The position numbers and the translations under genes were made by a program. Shown one piece after another: positions 57,657 to 64,000 of a DNA stretch of 64,000 bases. Every line of letters begins with the position of its first letter. Position 1 is the stretch's first letter. The stretch is from a virus. The notes beneath the pieces are model-generated. The model was given only the letters and a program-made list of their open reading frames with translations. It had not been told where the DNA came from and did no database searches. Location: positions 29,678 through 93,677 of the IMG/VR virus record IMGVR_UViG_3300010885_020237; one strand, 5' to 3'.

Positions 57657-58346
57657 TTAGGATAAACCGAAACGCGATTTTTGAGCGTTATAGTTTTGTA
57701 GTATTTCTGTTGATGATAGGGTGCGGTTGTATATCTGCACATTTGCTATATTTCCATTTAATTGTTGAGTATCTCCTCCATTTCCAGTTCCCCCATTTGC
57801 AATTTCAAATTCAATATTAAAAGAATCATTTCTTTTTATAGTAGTTGTTAGAATAGAACTACCATTTGAATATATGATAGCATTATTACTTGGTGTTCCA
57901 GTATTTGTGGTAAATGTCATACAAATATGTTTCCAAGAATTATCTGCTATATTAAGACCTGTTGTTCTAACTAAACCATTTCCCCAATCATAAGTTATTA
58001 ATACTCCATCATAACAAAATAATCCATAATTAAACTGTTTTGTTATTATTGATCTAAAGCCACTTCCTGGATTTAGTGTTTTTACCCAAGCAGATATAGT
58101 TCCTTGAGATAGTTGTAATATTGAATTATTTCCACAACTAACATAATCATCAATTCCATCAAATACAATACTTCCACCATTTGTAGAGCTATAAGTAGGT
58201 CCATTAGTTAATGTTCCATTATTTCCACCTCCACTCATATCATTCCAAGTAGTACTTCCACTAACATAGCTATTTGGATCCGCTGCATTAAGTGATAATA
58301 CAAGTCCATTTGTTACTATTTTACCATTTGAGTATTGTGTTGCCAT
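57657..58346 (-). CDS. Concanavalin A-like lectin / LamG domain protein
   Basis: IVTNGLVLSLNAAD..SY...W.DMSG..N.GTL.NGPTY, FDGIDDYV, WKHI, YNRTLSSTEILQNYNA. Confidence 0.85.
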   Translation of the reverse strand: MATQYSNGKIVTNGLVLSLNAADPNSYVSGSTTWNDMSGGGNNGTLTNGPTYSSTNGGSIVFDGIDDYVSCGNNSILQLSQGTISAWVKTLNPGSGFRSIITKQFNYGLFCYDGVLITYDWGNGLVRTTGLNIADNSWKHICMTFTTNTGTPSNNAIIYSNGSSILTTTIKRNDSFNIEFEIANGGTGNGGDTQQLNGNIANVQIYNRTLSSTEILQNYNAQKSRFGLS

Positions 58347-58355
58347 ATAACTTTT

Positions 58356-59027
58356 TTATAGGCCGAAGCGTGATTTTTGAGCGTTATAGTTTTGTAGGAT
58401 TTCTGTTGATGATAGGGCACGGTTATAGACTTGTACATTTGATATATTACCATGCAGATAATTACTAGGTCCTCCTGTTGTATTTGCACCTATCATTGAA
58501 TAAGCAGTTCCTGTATTTGCAGTATAATTATTCTGACCTATTAAAACACCATTTACATATATATAAACTGTAGGACTAATATATGTTATAGCCACATTAT
58601 ACCAAACATTTGTGGAGATGATATAGCTAGTTACGTAATCAGCAGTATTATATCCCCAAAAAACTATACGATTTGATGCATCGTAATATAAACCGAAAAA
58701 TTGTGCTGTTACGCTATTTCCGTAACCATATATTACATCAACCGTACCACTTACATTTTGTTTGAACCATACTTGTAAACTTTTACTATTTGAACCAATA
58801 GCAAAATTATTTGTTAAGGTATTTCCATATTGATTTGAACCATTAAATATCAATGTACCACCATTGGTACTACTATAAGTAGGACTGTTAACCAATGTAC
58901 CAGTATTCCCATTACCACTCATATCATTCCAAGCAGTTCCAGTACCAGGATAACTGTTTTGATCGGCTGCATCTAAAGCTAATACCAATCCGCTTGTTAC
59001 TATTCTTGGACTATGACTAAAACTCAT
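58356..59027 (-). CDS. Concanavalin A-like lectin / LamG domain protein (paralogue)
   Basis: Same N- and C-terminal frame as 57657..58346, with a divergent core. Confidence 0.85.
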   Translation of the reverse strand: MSFSHSPRIVTSGLVLALDAADQNSYPGTGTAWNDMSGNGNTGTLVNSPTYSSTNGGTLIFNGSNQYGNTLTNNFAIGSNSKSLQVWFKQNVSGTVDVIYGYGNSVTAQFFGLYYDASNRIVFWGYNTADYVTSYIISTNVWYNVAITYISPTVYIYVNGVLIGQNNYTANTGTAYSMIGANTTGGPSNYLHGNISNVQVYNRALSSTEILQNYNAQKSRFGL

Positions 59028-59028
59028 A

Positions 59029-59211
59029 TTATACTATTGCTATTTGTGAAACACGATACGCTCTTCCTGTTGGATCTCCACTTTGTAATTCGTCTGCTTT
59101 AGCTTGCGCTTCTGCTTCATTATCGTAATCATAGATTGGATCATTTGGATCTAATCTTGCTACCCATATGCTATCGTTGCCTGGTATAAATTGCATTTGT
59201 ACTTGAAACAT
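59029..59211 (-). CDS. Hypothetical protein
   Basis: 60 aa, tightly packed in the operon. Confidence 0.65.
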   Translation of the reverse strand: MFQVQMQFIPGNDSIWVARLDPNDPIYDYDNEAEAQAKADELQSGDPTGRAYRVSQIAIV

Positions 59212-59212
59212 A

Positions 59213-59431
59213 TTATATAAGTGTTACTGGTGGCTGAGGAATATATTCGTCTTGTTGGCAAGATAATATCCACTCAAATTGTGTGTTTGTGATTAATGTT
59301 TTGTCTTCATCAGTTAAGAATGTGTACCACACATCATTGATGTCTTGAACACAATTAAATAATTGGTATGGTGCAAATTCTACACCTTGAATGCTATCTT
59401 TTTGTTCGATTGTTAGTGTGTATCCCATCAT
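59213..59431 (-). CDS. Hypothetical protein
   Basis: 72 aa, tightly packed in the operon. Confidence 0.65.
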   Translation of the reverse strand: MMGYTLTIEQKDSIQGVEFAPYQLFNCVQDINDVWYTFLTDEDKTLITNTQFEWILSCQQDEYIPQPPVTLI

Positions 59432-59442
59432 GTTTTTTTATT

Positions 59443-60315
59443 TTAAACTTGTCTTGAAAGTGAAGTTTGGAATGCTTGTACTGCTGTATAGAAATTAGCT
59501 GCGTCTGTGTCTGATAAACCATTTCCTATACTTGCAAATGCACATTCTAAAGAAGAAAAATTTTGTGCAACTCCTGTTATATAATTACCTGCTCCAATGA
59601 AAGCAGTAACACTTCCAAATCCTGTTGTATCACTTACAGTATCAGTTGCCCTTAAAACTCCAGTTGTGTAATATTTTAAACTTGTTGCACTTGTTCGTGA
59701 TAATATTGCAAATTTTCTTGCATCAGTTTCTGTGAAATTTATTACGGATGTACTAAAACTTCCTAATTGACCACCACCTTTATTTCCTGGCAATGGTCTT
59801 TTAATATACAAATCAACTGAAGTTGTATAGCTTGAATTCCCATATCCTCCTATACATGTTGGATTACCTGAAACATCATTTAAATCTCTTGAATAATATG
59901 AAGCATGAGAATTTGTTTGAGTTAATGCGCTAATATCTAATGTAGTATTCATATAAGCATTTGTTCCATTTGGTTTTGCTCCTGTGCTTGCAAAAGTCCA
60001 CCCACCACTAAATGTTCCTGTATATGAACTGCTTTTTAAGTTTTGCGCACAAGCAGCTGCACTAGCACCTACCATTGGGTAAATAGTTTGCATTGAATCC
60101 CAAAGATTATTTGCTTTTAAACTTGCAACTAAGTTAGTAATGGCTGTTTGTTCTGTTCCAGATAATGTTCCACCAGCTGCAGTAACCCTAGCAAAGAATG
60201 CTTGAGCATCAGTGTCATTAGTATTTGCTATAGACATTGAAAATCTACCAGCACCGCTATTATTTTTTAATGTAAATCCACCTCTTCCATTTGTATTTAA
60301 AAACTGTATTGGCAT
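59443..60315 (-). CDS. Putative virion structural protein
   Basis: DTDAQAFFARV...LVASLK...YPMVG...FQTSLSRQV; beta-rich; sits among fibre and lectin genes. Confidence 0.7.
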   Translation of the reverse strand: MPIQFLNTNGRGGFTLKNNSGAGRFSMSIANTNDTDAQAFFARVTAAGGTLSGTEQTAITNLVASLKANNLWDSMQTIYPMVGASAAACAQNLKSSSYTGTFSGGWTFASTGAKPNGTNAYMNTTLDISALTQTNSHASYYSRDLNDVSGNPTCIGGYGNSSYTTSVDLYIKRPLPGNKGGGQLGSFSTSVINFTETDARKFAILSRTSATSLKYYTTGVLRATDTVSDTTGFGSVTAFIGAGNYITGVAQNFSSLECAFASIGNGLSDTDAANFYTAVQAFQTSLSRQV

Positions 60316-60316
60316 A

Positions 60317-63300
60317 TTAAAGATAAGTTACTTGTGATTTAATTGACCATCCACTTGTACCAGTAGTTACATTAAACTGTACTTGACTTGTTACTATAGA
60401 AACGGATGCTGTTACGTTAGATGTATTTCCAATATCTATCGTTGAATAATCTGTAAATTGCGTTGTTCCCGCATTCCAAATCGCCATTACTTCGCCTGCT
60501 CTAGCATTAGCGCCATTGGTTGCTGTGTACTTATAGAACGCAGAAGTAAACGATCCTGTTGCTGTTGTGAATAAGTTATTTGCTCCTACTATAGATGAAG
60601 CTACTGTTGCAGTAGAGATCTGAGATAGTCCAATTTGAAATGTGCTAGCGTATGATGCAGTTACCGCTGATGATATAGATCCATTTATTGAACCTGATAC
60701 GTTAAAAGATCCTGTTACATACATTGATCCACTAACATCCAATACGCCATTTAAACTGGTTTCTTTTCCTATTCCGACTGCTGATTGTGAAACGTATAAT
60801 GCTTTTGATCCAAATTTACCTATTCTTACTGTGTTATCAGAAAATGCTTCCATAACAGGTAAACCTGATATTGTATTAACTGAGAATAATGAACCTGATA
60901 ATGAATCATCAATTTGGAATAATCTTCCTGTTGTACCATCTACTGTGAATACTCCTGATCCTGTACCTTTTAATGCTAAAGGAGAAGTAGCAGTTGATGA
61001 TGATATGATTAATGAACCTGTAATAACTGCTGATCCGCTGAAAGGAAATGCGCTTGAAGCAGCGCCTGGCATAACATAGGATGCAGTAGTAGCAAAGGAT
61101 GAACTTATTGCATTTAATACGTAAGATGCCGTTGTAGAATATGATGCGCTTAATGCGTTAGTAGCATATGATGCTGTACCAAATAAAGAACCAGTGATTC
61201 CGGCGCTTATATTTAATGATCCCGTTACAACTAATGATCCAGTTACAATTGCTGATCCTGTTAACACTAATGTATCAGCATTATTTGAGAATAGAGTCGT
61301 GCCCGAGCTACCACTTATGTTTAAAGATCCAGTAATAACTGCAGATCCGCTAAATGGAAATCCATTTCCTGATACACCTCCACCTATAACATAAGATGCA
61401 GTTGTAGCGAATGATGATGTTAATGCATATGATGCACTTACTGTATTAGACGATGTTAAATTATTAATGATTGTGCCGTTTACAGATAAAGAGCCAGTTA
61501 TTGCTACGCTACCTGTGAATTGATGCGTGTTACTAAGTAGATTACCAAATATATTAGATCCGCTAGAATATACTGTAGATGAAGTAATAGTTTGAACAAC
61601 TAAGGTTTGAGCAGTTAATGGCCCTATTACATTTAATGATCCTGTTATGGTCGCTGAACCCGTTAGTATTAGAGTATCGGCGTTGCTTGAAAATACAGTT
61701 GTACCCGAACTACCGCTTATATTTAGAGATCCTGTAATAACTGCTGAACCGCTAAAAGGAAAAGCAGGTTGAGCTGTAGATACATAAGATGCTGTTAATG
61801 CATACGAGGCAGAAGTGGCATTTGCAACTGATCCAGCTACAAAAGACGCTGTTGTAGCGTATGAAGCTGAAGTTGCAGATGTTGCTGTATCAGCATTACC
61901 TGTTAAAGTAGCCGTTAATGTTGAACTGTTTACCCATCTAGCTGAAACATTATTCCATACTAATGCTTGACCATTTGTTTGTCCTGATATTGAGACGTCT
62001 GAAAGTCCTGCTAATGTTGAAGTAACTACTGTACCTCCACCTCCAGCTTGTCCTCCCACTGATCTAAATAAACCAGCTGGTACTAATTTGTATGATGCTG
62101 CTGTAGCGAATGATGCATCATTTCTTACAACGATTGATCCTAAAAATATTGCATTTGCAGCAGTATTTGGGGCCTCTGTAAATGATTCTATTTGGATATT
62201 TGAAATAGCATCTGTTGAGGTTGGATAAGTAGCATTACCATAATAAACAACAATCGCTTTAGTAGTTGAATTAGGGTACCAAAATACTCTTTGTATAGTG
62301 AATACTCTATTACCGCCAGTTAATCCACTTATATCTTTTAATACTCCACTTCCACTAACATAATGCCCTGGGTCTATTGTTGTATATCCAGTTCCGGCAT
62401 TTGTATCATAAACCCATTCAGATCCAGATTGCCAATATCTAAATATTTTAGATACTGTCGTTCCTGCATCTGTTATGTAAGATGGATTGCTTGGATCAAT
62501 AGGGTAGTTTGCTCCATCTGAAAATGCAGTACCGCTTCCTACTGTTACTCCTAGAGAACTAGATGTACTCATAGCAAATCCCGACAATTTTAATGGACCA
62601 AATGCTTGAATGAATATATTAGATCTTTGTTTCCACCCATATGCTAAAGAAGGCTGTGTTTTAAAACCGTTAATAGTAGAGTGGTTTTGATGTAATACAA
62701 CTCCGATTGGTATTAATGTATCATATTGACCACCACTAAATGGAGTTCCTTGAGCAATTATAGTTGGAATTTTATTCGATCCGGATGCATATATTCCTAC
62801 GAATGATTGATCATAAGACGCACTTAGTGGAGCAATACTAGCTGATAGACTATTCCAAGTTAGATAACTAACAGTTGGATATGGGTTATCAGTTAATGAT
62901 CCGTTTAAATTTACTATAATACCGCTTCCCGATCCTATTGTATATACTGTAGATGAAGCGGTTGTTATTAAAGCACCATTTAATAGACCACTATATAGAT
63001 TACCTTCTAGCCATCTTAAACGAGTTGTGTTTGAAAATCCTTTTCCGTTTTGAGTAAAATATAAATCTTGAGTTGATCCAGAAACATATACGTAAGATGC
63101 TGATACTGTTGCATCTATATTTTCTACTACTGGTAGAAACTTAATAGCTCCATTTATGCTAGTGTCCCCGTAAATATTGATATTTGTAGCTGCGCCTGGT
63201 ATTGATCCAGATATAGTTAAGCTACCTGATAAAACCGTATTACCGCTTAAAGTATTATTACCTATTTGGGTTGTTGATCCACTTACATTTAAGCTTCCGG

Positions 63301-64000
63301 TAATTATTACATTTTGAACTAATGGATTTATGTAAGATGCTGTTAAAGCATTTTTTACATATGATGCTGTTAATGCGTATGATGCAGTAGCTCCGTTAAT
63401 TAGATATGATGCACTTAAAGCATACGATGCTGATGTTGAATTAGCAGCATATGAAGCAGTTACAGAATTATTTGCAAAAGAACTACTAATAGCATTTAAA
63501 ACATACGATGCAGTTTGAGCATTTGTTACATAAGAAGCAGTTAATGCATATGATGCTGAAGTAGTATTAGCTGCATAAGAGCTACTAATTGCATTTAAAA
63601 TGTAAGAAGCGGTTTGCGCTGTTACTACATATGAAGCAGTAGCAGCGTATGATGCACTTATAGCATTTGAAATAATACCTGATCCAGAGTGATATGACGC
63701 ACTTATAGCGTATGAAGCAGAAGTAGAATTATTTGAATATGATGCTGTTACAGCGTAAAAAGCGTATGATGCTGTAGCTACTGATAGAGAAGAAGTTTGA
63801 CTAGATGGTACTAATGAGCTTCCATTTAAACTTATGCTACCTGTTACATTTACAGATCCTGTAAACTGATGTGTATTTGATAATAGGCTTCCAAATTTAG
63901 TAGATCCAGTTATATATTCAGTTGACGAAGTAATGGTTTGAGCTACAATAGTTTGTGCTGTTAACGTTCCTGCTACTGTAAAATTATTTGCATATGATGC
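60317..64000 (-). CDS. Long tail-fibre-like protein, 5' end beyond the window
   Basis: The frame stays open upstream of the track's TTG at 62587 (...TRLRWLEGNLYSGLLNG...GVVLHQNHST...AFGPLKLSG), and the ASYA repeats continue to the window edge. Confidence 0.8.
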   Translation of the reverse strand, partial: ASYANNFTVAGTLTAQTIVAQTITSSTEYITGSTKFGSLLSNTHQFTGSVNVTGSISLNGSSLVPSSQTSSLSVATASYAFYAVTASYSNNSTSASYAISASYHSGSGIISNAISASYAATASYVVTAQTASYILNAISSSYAANTTSASYALTASYVTNAQTASYVLNAISSSFANNSVTASYAANSTSASYALSASYLINGATASYALTASYVKNALTASYINPLVQNVIITGSLNVSGSTTQIGNNTLSGNTVLSGSLTISGSIPGAATNINIYGDTSINGAIKFLPVVENIDATVSASYVYVSGSTQDLYFTQNGKGFSNTTRLRWLEGNLYSGLLNGALITTASSTVYTIGSGSGIIVNLNGSLTDNPYPTVSYLTWNSLSASIAPLSASYDQSFVGIYASGSNKIPTIIAQGTPFSGGQYDTLIPIGVVLHQNHSTINGFKTQPSLAYGWKQRSNIFIQAFGPLKLSGFAMSTSSSLGVTVGSGTAFSDGANYPIDPSNPSYITDAGTTVSKIFRYWQSGSEWVYDTNAGTGYTTIDPGHYVSGSGVLKDISGLTGGNRVFTIQRVFWYPNSTTKAIVVYYGNATYPTSTDAISNIQIESFTEAPNTAANAIFLGSIVVRNDASFATAASYKLVPAGLFRSVGGQAGGGGTVVTSTLAGLSDVSISGQTNGQALVWNNVSARWVNSSTLTATLTGNADTATSATSASYATTASFVAGSVANATSASYALTASYVSTAQPAFPFSGSAVITGSLNISGSSGTTVFSSNADTLILTGSATITGSLNVIGPLTAQTLVVQTITSSTVYSSGSNIFGNLLSNTHQFTGSVAITGSLSVNGTIINNLTSSNTVSASYALTSSFATTASYVIGGGVSGNGFPFSGSAVITGSLNISGSSGTTLFSNNADTLVLTGSAIVTGSLVVTGSLNISAGITGSLFGTASYATNALSASYSTTASYVLNAISSSFATTASYVMPGAASSAFPFSGSAVITGSLIISSSTATSPLALKGTGSGVFTVDGTTGRLFQIDDSLSGSLFSVNTISGLPVMEAFSDNTVRIGKFGSKALYVSQSAVGIGKETSLNGVLDVSGSMYVTGSFNVSGSINGSISSAVTASYASTFQIGLSQISTATVASSIVGANNLFTTATGSFTSAFYKYTATNGANARAGEVMAIWNAGTTQFTDYSTIDIGNTSNVTASVSIVTSQVQFNVTTGTSGWSIKSQVTYL

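Noticed and set aside
2500-57657. TATAAATA as a T4-type late promoter driving plus-strand transcription
   Set aside because: No credible plus-strand genes follow. The position is tied to minus-strand starts, so it is reported as ATATTTAT instead.
43931-59027. Diversity-generating retroelement or shufflon acting on the repeats
   Set aside because: No reverse transcriptase or site-specific recombinase in the window; repeat differences do not look adenine-specific; no inverted cassettes.
1581-61394. Plus-strand ORFs in the track (for example 1581..1835, 8085..8330, 28479..28889, 54034..54582, 60642..61079)
   Set aside because: All lie antisense to well-supported minus-strand genes and have no recognisable motifs. 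They are shadows of the codon bias in Gly/Ala/Thr/Ser-rich repeats.
1-64000. Stop-codon reassignment, tRNA genes, inteins
   Set aside because: Conserved genes are full length under the standard code and TAG is used as a real stop (for example the tube gene). No cloverleaf was seen in the short intergenic gaps. PolA, DnaB, RecA and NrdA show no intein-sized insertions.

Overview
A 64-kb segment of a large, AT-rich, contractile-tailed (myovirus-like) dsDNA phage. All credible genes are on the minus strand. In transcription order (right to left) it holds: (i) tail-fibre, lectin and Kelch-like beta-propeller genes interleaved with four 2OG-Fe(II) oxygenases, a GT-B glycosyltransferase, a sulfotransferase, an APS kinase and an HxGH nucleotidyltransferase; (ii) a tail morphogenesis module (sheath, tube, chaperone pair with a probable frameshift, tape measure, baseplate, peptidase-tipped hub); (iii) a replication module (two family-A polymerase homologues, SSB, RecA/UvsX, 5'-3' exonuclease, DnaB helicase, class Ia RNR); (iv) Hsp20, GroES and GroEL. 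Four free-standing homing endonuclease genes are inserted. TAnnTTTG promoters and no obvious Shine-Dalgarno sites suggest a Bacteroidota host. The most novel signals are: a ~100-nt kissing-loop RNA element with extensive covariation, found twice, each time as the leader of a GIY-YIG endonuclease; a candidate hydroxylation/glycosylation/sulfation system for decorating the virion, with a strongly repeated [ST]-[GA]-S motif in structural proteins; a long-range RNA duplex bracketing hsp20; and a second PolA with an altered steric gate. All assignments come from motif recognition by eye; no searches were run.
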